From assembly GCA_046761065.1 (NCBI GenBank), contig JBHIFL010000081.1, positions 1 to 18,084 of the forward strand: 18,084 nt of DNA. Direction: 5' to 3'. Of the stretch, positions 7,768-15,794 are shown piece after piece. Position numbers and translations under genes: made by a program. Position 1 is the first letter of the stretch, and the number at the start of each line of letters is the position of its first letter. Under the pieces are notes generated by a model. That model saw nothing but the letters and a program-made list of their open reading frames with translations. It did not search any database and was not told the DNA's origin. Source of the stretch: Candidatus Heimdallarchaeota archaeon. GTDB lineage: Archaea > Asgardarchaeota > Wukongarchaeia > Wukongarchaeales > JBHIFL01.

Positions 7768-7815
7768 CATATCGAACCCCTAAGTGCTATTGTCTTTGGG
7801 CGGTCATTCACTCAC

Positions 7816-7827
7816 TTTTTTTTCTTT
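7816..7827 (+). terminator. Putative archaeal oligo-T terminator
   Basis: TTTTTTTTCTTT about 50 nt after the 7462-7767 stop, between convergent genes. Confidence 0.45.
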
Positions 7828-7864
7828 GTCCTGCCTAGATCTATAAGGAGTTTTCTTCTTTGAG

Positions 7865-8902
7865 TTACTCTAAGTGTGAATAAAATTCTAATGGCCTAAG
7901 TTCTTTTAATTTAGTGGTTTTCTGAGTAATATATTTCCTGATATCAACACAAAGGTGGCATTTGGAAATATATCCTTTGCTGCGCTCTTCATATTCAAAT
8001 TCTTTGATGCCAATGTGGTAAAGGGCTTCTATGTCGGTTGTTAAAGCGTTGAGGATTGGATAGTCCTCTAAATTGATCTGGTTGATTGAATTGAGGTTCG
8101 TTGCGTTACCGAGAGAGATACCTGCACAGTAGCCGGGGATGTAATTCCCGTAGTTGTCGATATGGATATGCCATGGTCTTTTCAGTTCGTCTATGCAGGA
8201 TTCGCCGAATAATGTTTTTGGGGGATACTTTCGATATAAATGCCCTAGTTTGTAAGGCACCCGAGCCATTGGGAAAATAGAAGGGTAGCTAAGGCCATAT
8301 TGGAGTCCAAGAGGGTTTTTCTTTTTCATTAAGGAGAGATAATCCCTGAAGGAGAGCGTTTGTTTGATATTAAGGATTCTGAGTTGAGTAAAAAAGAGAT
8401 TGTTATAAACCATCACATTTTCGCCAAAAATTTCTTTTCCTATTTTGATGGCTCGTTCGATTCTTTCAAAAGGGATTTGCTCCACTGTGAAGGGGTTGGC
8501 ACTGAGAAGAATCCCTTTTAACCCCTTAGCTTTTAATTGCTTAAATCGATCTTTTACTTGGTCATCCCTCGTACACCAATAGCAGTTTGTTTCAGTAAAA
8601 GTTGAGGGGATTTGAAGTGATTGGGCAATTTCTGTGAGATTAAGAAGCAAATTGAAGTTTAGAAAGGGTTCTCCACCAGTGAAATGAACTCCATAATTCA
8701 CCCCCACTTTTTCTCCCCCCCAAGGACTTCCTTCGATGCTTCTAGCTAGTTGGGTTAAAATTTGTTCTGCATCTGACTCAGCGAGCCAGTCAGCATTCCA
8801 ATGGGGGGAACAGGCATACATACAGTGCTTACATTCATTAGTGCATTTGTAAGAGAGGAGTATCCCCGCTGAGAATGGTTTTGGTACGGTTAACATTTTC
8901 AT
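7865..8902 (-). CDS. Radical SAM protein of unknown function
   Basis: 345 aa. CTNECKHC (CxxxCxxC), FTGGEPF, ETNCYWC; extra C-terminal Cys residues (ESC, PGYCAG, KCHLC) suggest an auxiliary cluster. SD AAGGAGG. Confidence 0.9.
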   Translation of the reverse strand: MKMLTVPKPFSAGILLSYKCTNECKHCMYACSPHWNADWLAESDAEQILTQLARSIEGSPWGGEKVGVNYGVHFTGGEPFLNFNLLLNLTEIAQSLQIPSTFTETNCYWCTRDDQVKDRFKQLKAKGLKGILLSANPFTVEQIPFERIERAIKIGKEIFGENVMVYNNLFFTQLRILNIKQTLSFRDYLSLMKKKNPLGLQYGLSYPSIFPMARVPYKLGHLYRKYPPKTLFGESCIDELKRPWHIHIDNYGNYIPGYCAGISLGNATNLNSINQINLEDYPILNALTTDIEALYHIGIKEFEYEERSKGYISKCHLCVDIRKYITQKTTKLKELRPLEFYSHLE

Positions 8903-8938
8903 TTAGAAGTCCCCTCCTTAACCTCCCCTTTCCAACTC

Positions 8939-9805
8939 TTACAAATACTCTTCTCTTCTTCGTAGGATCTGGTTCTCCAGTGCTTTGGCAAAATTTTGGT
9001 CATTAAAAGCTTTCAATCGCTTGATCGTTGTATCGTATCTATCGATCTGTTCCTCTTCCAAGGTTGTGGAATAGTTTGCAGCAGGGTCAATCTCCTCTAA
9101 CCTGTTAATTAGGGTCCTCCGCTCATCATCTGGCATCACCTTTGGATCCGTCATCGCAGCTGCTCTAACATAAATTCCTTCATCAAGAAGAGATTTTAGG
9201 GCTTTGAAGGGGAGTTCATAGTATTTCCCGATGGCGCCAGTTCTTTGAGTAAAGCCTTCGGAGGTTGCGGCCTTAAATGAGATGCGAACATAGAGTTTAT
9301 CTTTAAATTCAGCTAACTGTTCTACAAAATTTTTGTCATAGCCAAGAAGGACCCCATTCGTTTCCAAAATAAATAGAGGATACTTTGAGTTTGCTACATA
9401 ACGCAGGACTGCTAGAAGATGGTACTTTCCTAAAGTTGGCTCGCATCCAGAGAGACGTAATTTGTCTACTTGGAGGTGTCGAAAACGTTCCCAACCGGGA
9501 GCGGTTATTCCCTCCTTTGCGGCTTTAAACAGCCTGTTGGCTAGCCTCTTGGGAGAGTAAAACTCGCCAAACCTCTCTGGAAAATCCCTTGACCAATTCG
9601 CCCAACAGTAGAAGCAACGCAAACAACACCCGGCTGCATAACCCGTTGCAATCCCTCGGTATACTGGGGCGGAGTAAACTCCAACATATTTTCTCTCTAA
9701 TCCCTCAGACCCTTCTCTAGTTACTATCCGCTCCGTCTCCCTCGTCAACTCGATTGGGTCGAAAGGTTGAAACCCAGGAGTCAAGAAACGTTGATATTCC
9801 GTCAT
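8939..9805 (-). CDS. Radical SAM protein (archaeal COG5014-like Fe-S oxidoreductase)
   Basis: 288 aa. YRGIATGYAAGCCLRCFYCW, FYSP, LRLSGCEPTLG, FILETNG.LLG and VRISFKA..EGF.QRTGA. SD GAGGT. Confidence 0.9.
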   Translation of the reverse strand: MTEYQRFLTPGFQPFDPIELTRETERIVTREGSEGLERKYVGVYSAPVYRGIATGYAAGCCLRCFYCWANWSRDFPERFGEFYSPKRLANRLFKAAKEGITAPGWERFRHLQVDKLRLSGCEPTLGKYHLLAVLRYVANSKYPLFILETNGVLLGYDKNFVEQLAEFKDKLYVRISFKAATSEGFTQRTGAIGKYYELPFKALKSLLDEGIYVRAAAMTDPKVMPDDERRTLINRLEEIDPAANYSTTLEEEQIDRYDTTIKRLKAFNDQNFAKALENQILRRREEYL

Positions 9806-10051
9806 TTAAACCTCATCAATTTTATAAGATCTCTGGATTATCTTAATTTTATGCTATAACTATATAAGCAGATTGAAACGTTTTGAGATTTGAATGAAGG
9901 TTAATCGGGCAAGGCGAACTAACTCGTGTTTGAATGGGAAAAGATGATGTGTTGATTTTTATGTATAATTGAGACTTTTGATAAAAGTTAAAGGGGCATC
10001 TTATTCTCTCATCAAAGCGTTCGATTTTCTTGTGACTATTGGAGGAATGTT

Positions 10052-10795
10052 ATGAATCTTAAACAGGAACTTAAAGAACTGGCAACTCATCTTGGGGCTG
10101 ATCTGTTTGGAATAGCTCCTGCAACTTGCCTTGCAAATGCCCCAAAAGGCCACAAGGCGGAAGATATTTTGCCAGGTGCACGATCCATCATTGTACTTGC
10201 CATGAAGATGCTTGACACGCAAGTAGATATTTTACCAGTTACAGGTCAAGAAACTGCATTTTTTGGAGAATCATCAAGACAAGCCATGTATGCTGCTCAT
10301 GGAGGGCTGGTTTCAAGGCATCTAGATGATTTTGGCTTTCAGTTGGCCAGATTTCTCGAAAAAGAAGGTTATCAAACTTATCACCAGATGGCCTCCGCTG
10401 GGGGAGTTGATGCCCGATATCTGATGGGACTGATTTCCTTGAAGCATGCCGCAGTCGGTGGGGGGCTGGGGGTTATTGGGCATAGCAGCCTACTCATCAC
10501 CCCGCAATTTGGTCCAAGGATACGACTGACGGCGATAATCACAGACGCCGAACTCGAACCAGACAAACCCCTTGTACTAAACTTTTGTAAAGACTGTCCC
10601 CAGCCTTGCATCACTGAATGCCCAGCAGATGCATTAACCGTGCCACAAGACCATGAAATCTTGTATGAACTCAATAAATTTGCTTGCAATCAGTATCTTA
10701 ACACACGACCAGCGTGTGCAGTTTGCTTGAAAGTCTGTCCTTCAGGTAACCCAAAAAATGAGGTAACGATACGAACTAAGAGCTCAAATGAATAA
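10052..10795 (+). CDS. Epoxyqueuosine reductase (QueG)/reductive-dehalogenase-like 2x[4Fe-4S] protein
   Basis: 247 aa. LGADLFGIA, DILPGARSIIV, SLKHAAV..GLG.IGHSSLLITPQFGPRIRLTAIITDAEL, CKDCPQPCITECPADAL and C-x8-CAVCLKVCP. SD GGAGG. Confidence 0.88.
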   Translation: MNLKQELKELATHLGADLFGIAPATCLANAPKGHKAEDILPGARSIIVLAMKMLDTQVDILPVTGQETAFFGESSRQAMYAAHGGLVSRHLDDFGFQLARFLEKEGYQTYHQMASAGGVDARYLMGLISLKHAAVGGGLGVIGHSSLLITPQFGPRIRLTAIITDAELEPDKPLVLNFCKDCPQPCITECPADALTVPQDHEILYELNKFACNQYLNTRPACAVCLKVCPSGNPKNEVTIRTKSSNE

Positions 10796-11069
10796 TCATG
10801 TCCTAAACAAGAGTAGTTCGTAAGTAGATTGTCTAAAACACCCAACACGTTAATTTCTAAACCAACTAGCCAGTGGGCTGAAAGGGCAGACTGGTTGATG
10901 CTCTAGCGTGCTCGTTGAAATCTAAGTGAAGGGAATCTTATTGCCAATCGGTAGGTTCATTGCCTGAAGCCCTGATCGTCTGATTAATCTACCCAAGGTG
11001 ATAATAGCTATGCTTTAATATATAGATCAGCTGGTTCGAGAAAGTTTCCCCAATCTATTAGTGAATTTC

Positions 11070-11443
11070 TTACGGCACCAAGAATTTTGTATCATTCCAT
11101 TCTTCAAAAATAGCTTCCGCCTTCTTTCTTACTTTTTTGGGTATTTGGTGACTTGTTCTTTGGAGGGCAACTCTGACTCAGTAGCTTTCCACCAGGATAC
11201 ACCAAACCTCATTTCCTAAGGGAATTTTTCCTCTGTTTTCTCAATGTAGAAATCCACTGTCTCGACAGTATGATTGCCAAACGAGATGAAGCGGGCAAAA
11301 ACCGAAAGTCTATCCTCTGTAGATCTTCGGACATCTTTGTAATGCCTTCACTTAGTAGTTTCCACCACGCTCAACTGGACTAAGCGCCTAACATTCTTAC
11401 TATTCCTAGCATAATGATCCCTCACAGGAATTAGTGGATACTT
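11070..11443 (-). pseudogene. Possible decayed CDS of unknown family
   Basis: One frame reads about 104 codons interrupted only by TGA (11350-11348) and TAG (11218-11216). A 1-nt shift in an A6 run continues it as VRKKAEAIFEEWNDTKFLVP*. Confidence 0.3.
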
Positions 11444-11487
11444 TTAGATTCGATTAGATAATAATTGCAATTATATCGGTAGCAGAC

Positions 11488-11832
11488 CTAAATAATTGGA
11501 ATATTAATCGTAAGGAAAAGGAGATCCTTCACTCCAGTGTTTTTGTAGCCATGTAACTCACCTGCTGGAACCTCTACTACCAAATCTGGGTTGATTTTAT
11601 AGGATACATCGCCTAGCCAACCTTTTCCTTGCCCTTCGATGAAGTAGAAAACATGGTGGTAAGGATCCTTATGGATAGTAAATTCACCACCTGGTACTAC
11701 CCTTGTAAGCATAATTTTGACATTTGTTAATTCTCCAGGGATTAGCGACTTTCCAAAAATTCCTTTTGTAAGATCTTTGCGGAGGGCTGTCCACTCAAGA
11801 TCTTTCAGTTTATAGGTGCGTTTTTGAAGCAC
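11488..11832 (-). CDS. Cupin-2 domain protein
   Basis: 114 aa, GTG start with SD GAGGT. Cupin motifs PGGEFTIHKDPYHHVFYFIEGQG and VPAGELHGYKNTG. Confidence 0.9.
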   Translation of the reverse strand: MLQKRTYKLKDLEWTALRKDLTKGIFGKSLIPGELTNVKIMLTRVVPGGEFTIHKDPYHHVFYFIEGQGKGWLGDVSYKINPDLVVEVPAGELHGYKNTGVKDLLFLTINIPII

Positions 11833-12126
11833 AGATTTTACCTCTCTAAATTCTTCTCTTGCAGTATGATTGAAAGGTTGTGTTTGTGGTATTTTAAGAA
11901 AAGAATTACTAAGGGCAGTAAAATTATGGGTAATAGTTTTCTTTGATAATTGGTTTAAACCTGTTAGAAATTTTGGAAAAGCCTTATTTAAGTTTTAAAC
12001 CCTAGAAAAGTAATCTCCTTGGAGTTGATCTCATAATATTTCACCTTAAATTGATTAGTTATTATATAATTGATATATTAATCGATGATTTAGCTGGAAA
12101 TGCAGAAAAAAGACAAAATCATGCTG

Positions 12127-12954
12127 TTAAGTGATTTCTAGGGTTTTTAACTTATGCCTTAACGCAGGTTTAATGAAAGTGAGTCGAATTTTAGTTTGCA
12201 AATATTTTTGCCAGTGAAATTTCCTTAAAATAAGTAGATATGAGTTTAGAATACTCATTGCGTCCATTATTTTTCTAGGTTTAATCTCTAAATTGATTAC
12301 TCCGTCAAATCGGATTTGTTTTAGAAAGTTGAAGACTTGATCTAATGGAACGACTCCAGCTCCCAAGGGCAAATGAGCGTCTGTTTCTTTGGAGTTGGTG
12401 TCATTTAGATGAACATATTGGAGATCTGAATACAGATTCTCTGGGAGGTTTAGAAATTCCTTATTGGCTAGAAAGGAATGTACCAGATCAAAGCAAAATC
12501 CTAATCGATCCCTCAATAGATTCTTTAAGTCTTTATAGATTTCTTTAAACTCGTTGAAATTTTGTGTTTTTATATTTTCAAGAAGCACAGGGATTTCAAA
12601 CTGGTTCAACCGCTCGTAATAAAGCGACCAGCTAGGATTTGGATCTTCTGGGGGGTGCACAATCAACCATTCAATCCGAAGTTGGTTTTGATATTGATTG
12701 ATACGACTTACAAGTCGATTAAATTTCGTATTTACTCCTTTTGAAGATAGATCCCAATCACTATCATCGAAATACGGTAAATGAACAGCTGTAGTTTTTA
12801 TTCCAATTAAATCGATGAATTTTATTAGATTTCCAAAAAAGATAGAGCTAAAGAACTCAATATGATTAAATCTCAGGATATTCGCAAGTTCCAACCAAAT
12901 ATGGGGTGGAACTCCCAAGAATTCCCGAAGACTTGTTCCAATGCGAATCATCAT
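12127..12954 (-). CDS. Sugar phosphate isomerase/epimerase / AP-endonuclease-2 family TIM-barrel protein
   Basis: Metal-binding motifs VHLP, VHP, LLENI, CFDLVHS, VHLND, DAHLPLGAG and NLEI. I prefer the ATG at 12954 (MMIRIGTS) over the TTG at 12993 because the first beta strand normally begins there. Confidence 0.85.
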   Translation of the reverse strand: MMIRIGTSLREFLGVPPHIWLELANILRFNHIEFFSSIFFGNLIKFIDLIGIKTTAVHLPYFDDSDWDLSSKGVNTKFNRLVSRINQYQNQLRIEWLIVHPPEDPNPSWSLYYERLNQFEIPVLLENIKTQNFNEFKEIYKDLKNLLRDRLGFCFDLVHSFLANKEFLNLPENLYSDLQYVHLNDTNSKETDAHLPLGAGVVPLDQVFNFLKQIRFDGVINLEIKPRKIMDAMSILNSYLLILRKFHWQKYLQTKIRLTFIKPALRHKLKTLEIT

Positions 12955-12975
12955 ATGATGTTTATACGAGATTTG

Positions 12976-12983
12976 TTTATTAA
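12976..12983. promoter_or_regulatory. Candidate shared TATA element for two divergent leaderless genes
   Basis: TTTATTAA is centred 25.5 nt from both ATG 12954 (-) and ATG 13005 (+). Confidence 0.4.
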
Positions 12984-13004
12984 TCATTATCAATTCTTTT
13001 GCTG

Positions 13005-13613
13005 ATGATAGTGATGATTGAGTGGATTAACTTCTTCATATTGATTGGAGCAGCTCTCTTCTTTCTGTATTTCTATGTTAAAAGTGTAGAACCTGCGGCT
13101 TTGGAAAAAGAAATTGGTGACATTGCCTATACAAAGTGTTCGCAATATAGGGTGATTGCTGCAAGTTTTGAGATTGTAGCCTTCATCAATTATATCGTTT
13201 ACTTCTTTTACCCTCTCCCAATTTCACTTCCTCGAACTTTTCCCTGGGACTGGTGGCTTTCAGCCATTATTGCTATTGTTATTGCTATTCCTGGGGGCTT
13301 TTTGTGGTTTCGTGGGATGAAAGATGCAGGCGAAGAAACAATGATTGTGAAGAAGGAACATACCCTCTATAGAGGTATTTACGAAAAGATTCGTCATCCA
13401 CAAGCAATAGGTGAGGCCACATATTGGTGGGTCATCGCATTCTTGTTACACACTCCATTTCTTGCTCTATTCTCTTTCATTTGGATCCCAATTTTCTACG
13501 TGATGTGCTGGGCAGAGGAGCGAGATCTTGTTATTCGTTATGGGGAGGCCTATATAGAGTACAAGAAGAATACCGGCTTTTTTATTCCTAAGCGGAAACA
13601 AAAAAGAGTATAG
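13005..13613 (+). CDS. Isoprenylcysteine carboxyl methyltransferase / PEMT-family membrane methyltransferase
   Basis: About five TM helices; LYRGIYEKIRHPQAIG and EERDLVIRYGEAYIEYKKNTGFFIP. Start uncertain (12999 TTG, 13005 ATG or 13014 ATG). Confidence 0.88.
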   Translation: MIVMIEWINFFILIGAALFFLYFYVKSVEPAALEKEIGDIAYTKCSQYRVIAASFEIVAFINYIVYFFYPLPISLPRTFPWDWWLSAIIAIVIAIPGGFLWFRGMKDAGEETMIVKKEHTLYRGIYEKIRHPQAIGEATYWWVIAFLLHTPFLALFSFIWIPIFYVMCWAEERDLVIRYGEAYIEYKKNTGFFIPKRKQKRV

Positions 13614-13706
13614 GTTGATGAATAGTAAGTTCATACCACCCACGATACTATTAATACTACTATCTTGCAAAGTTCTAAACTCTAAATAGGGAGGGGAAAA
13701 TAATTA

Positions 13707-13931
13707 TTGAATTACCTTATGAAGCATGGCTATATTGAGGAGAAGCTTAGTACTAGCGGTGAAATTACCCTTTTCTAGGAAAAAATACAGAATAATCCCA
13801 TTTATCTCTTTGTTGAATCCATAGGCTCCCCACAAGATGATTTTGTTACAGTAAGAAAATCTGCCATTAAATAGATAAAAAAGCAATTCGAGGAACATCA
13901 TTCCAAGAAGCAAGTTAGTAGTGCTTATTAG
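13707..13931 (+). pseudogene. Possible decayed small gene, weakly PD-(D/E)xK/YraN-like
   Basis: GGAGG followed by TTG 13707; reads LNYLMKHGYIEEKLSTSGEITLF*EKIQNNPIYLFVESIG with in-frame TAGs at 13776 and 13872. Confidence 0.2.
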
Positions 13932-13958
13932 CAACTAAACAATATAGGTCTAATTAAA

Positions 13959-15794
13959 ATGAAAACAAGCACACCGGACTCGATCAATACATATTACTAT
14001 AAAGAATTCTCACTTGAAGTAGATCCTTTTGAAAAAGCCAGACAGAAAGGACCGATTTCGTGGATTATAGCTCATATCTTTCATCGTTCAAATAAACTAA
14101 TCGTCCTTTTTACTTTTTTCACAACAATTGCTACAGCGACGATTTCTTCAGAAATAATGATCCTCTTAGGAAAGGCTATTGATGAATTTACAGCTGGATT
14201 TGCGACAAATCTCCGACACTATACGATATTACTGCTCATTTTAGCGGTTGGCTCTCCGGTATTGAGTGTAATCAATACTCTGATACGAGAAGTGCTGGCA
14301 CAACGGATGGAACGTGACACACGTCATGAGTTTTTCGTAAACCTCATTGGGAAGTCGCAATCGTTTCACGAACATCAACGCATAGGAGATATCATGGCTA
14401 GAACAACCAATGATGTTCGAATGTTGAATTTTTTAATTTCGCCTGCGCTTTCTCTTATTTTTGAGTCCGTCACGGGTCTTGTTGTTCCAATTCTCTTCAT
14501 CTATATACTTTATCCCTCATCGCTTTTAATCACACCCCTTTTGTTTATCCTCGGATTTGTGATTGCCTTAGGGAACTATAACCGACAACTCAATCCTGTT
14601 ACTACACAATTACGAGCTGAATTTGGACAAATGAATGCTTCACTTAATGAAACCCTTTCTGGGATTGAGGTAGTAAAGGGCAGCGCCCAAGAAGTAGCAG
14701 AAATGAACAAATTTTACTCCCACACTAAAGCCTATCGAGATGCTTTTGTAAAGCAAGGAGAGATTCAAGCAAAGTATATACCTTTACTCCTTATCGCGGT
14801 GACTGTGACAGTCGGGTTGGCTCATGGAATCTACTGGAACCTTCAGGGCCTACTAGAAATTGGCCAAGTGATTGCGTATGTTGGGTTGTTAGCAAATTTG
14901 CGATTTCCTACCTTTATCTCGATATGGACATTTGCTGTCGTTCGATTGGCGATCTCTGGCTCGGAACGCTTACTCGAAGTCATGAACAAAGAAACCGAAA
15001 TTGATGAAAATGTGACAGGAGTCACAAAACAAATCGATGGTGCAATAAAATTTGAGAATGTCACATTTACTTACCCGGGAGCTTCCAAACCCGTATTACG
15101 AAATATCTCGTTTGAGGTGAAGCCCGGTCAGACAGTTGCACTTGTAGGAACAGCGGGAAGCGGAAAAACGACTCTCACAAAACTGCTTTCGCGCCTTTAT
15201 GATGTGAATAAAGGTCAGGTCTTAATTGATGGAATTGATGTCCGCGAGTACTCCCTTCAATCACTTCGTCCCCAAATTTCATATATCGAACAAGATGTGT
15301 TCTTGTTCTCAACCACAGTTTTTGAAAACATTTCATTTGGACGATCTAGCTCACAAGAAGAGGCCATCGCTGTAGCTAAAGAGGCCCAAGCTCATGAATT
15401 CATCTCGGCGTTGCCAAAGGGATACGAATCGGAAGTAGGGGAGCGTGGTGTTCAATTAAGTGGAGGAGAGCGGCAACGCATTGCAATTGCCAGAGCTTTC
15501 TTAACTACACCCCGGATTCTCATCCTAGATGACTCTACCTCTGCTATTGACACGGAAACGGAGAATAAAATCCAACAGGCAATTCGTCAAATTCTTCAAG
15601 ACCGTACAACAATCTTAATAACCCACCGGCTTTCCCAAATTCGTTGGGCTGATCTCATTTTAGTATTAAAACGCGGCGAAATTGTAGCTCAAGGGACACA
15701 TGAAGAATTATTGAGAACCTCAGAGGAGTATCAGAAAATCTTCGTTAAAAGGTTTGATGTTGATGTAGCACAACTTCTTGCAGGGGTGGACTAA
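13959..15794 (+). CDS. ABC exporter half-transporter (TMD-NBD), subunit with degenerate Walker B
   Basis: 611 aa, 6-TM N-terminal domain; Walker A GTAGSGKTT, signature LSGGERQR, Walker B ILILDDS (Asp in place of the catalytic Glu), H-loop ITHR. Confidence 0.95.
   Translation: MKTSTPDSINTYYYKEFSLEVDPFEKARQKGPISWIIAHIFHRSNKLIVLFTFFTTIATATISSEIMILLGKAIDEFTAGFATNLRHYTILLLILAVGSPVLSVINTLIREVLAQRMERDTRHEFFVNLIGKSQSFHEHQRIGDIMARTTNDVRMLNFLISPALSLIFESVTGLVVPILFIYILYPSSLLITPLLFILGFVIALGNYNRQLNPVTTQLRAEFGQMNASLNETLSGIEVVKGSAQEVAEMNKFYSHTKAYRDAFVKQGEIQAKYIPLLLIAVTVTVGLAHGIYWNLQGLLEIGQVIAYVGLLANLRFPTFISIWTFAVVRLAISGSERLLEVMNKETEIDENVTGVTKQIDGAIKFENVTFTYPGASKPVLRNISFEVKPGQTVALVGTAGSGKTTLTKLLSRLYDVNKGQVLIDGIDVREYSLQSLRPQISYIEQDVFLFSTTVFENISFGRSSSQEEAIAVAKEAQAHEFISALPKGYESEVGERGVQLSGGERQRIAIARAFLTTPRILILDDSTSAIDTETENKIQQAIRQILQDRTTILITHRLSQIRWADLILVLKRGEIVAQGTHEELLRTSEEYQKIFVKRFDVDVAQLLAGVD

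Noticed and set aside
10001-10689. - strand ORFs 10001-10222 and 10381-10689
   Set aside because: Antisense to the QueG-like gene.
10854-10930. Selenoprotein-like G-TGA-C frame, or a HEARO/omega-RNA start
   Set aside because: No start codon, further stops nearby, no recognisable SECIS and no IscB/TnpB ORF.
336-13931. Genome-wide TAG recoding (pyrrolysine) to explain in-frame TAGs in the remnants
   Set aside because: The thiolase, CoA-transferase beta, cupin and ICMT genes all end at TAG where their families normally end; the remnants also contain TGA or frameshifts; no pyl genes are present.
13704-13934. - strand 76-aa ORF as a real gene
   Set aside because: No SD or motif, it starts within about 25 nt of the ABC start, and the opposite strand looks more protein-like.
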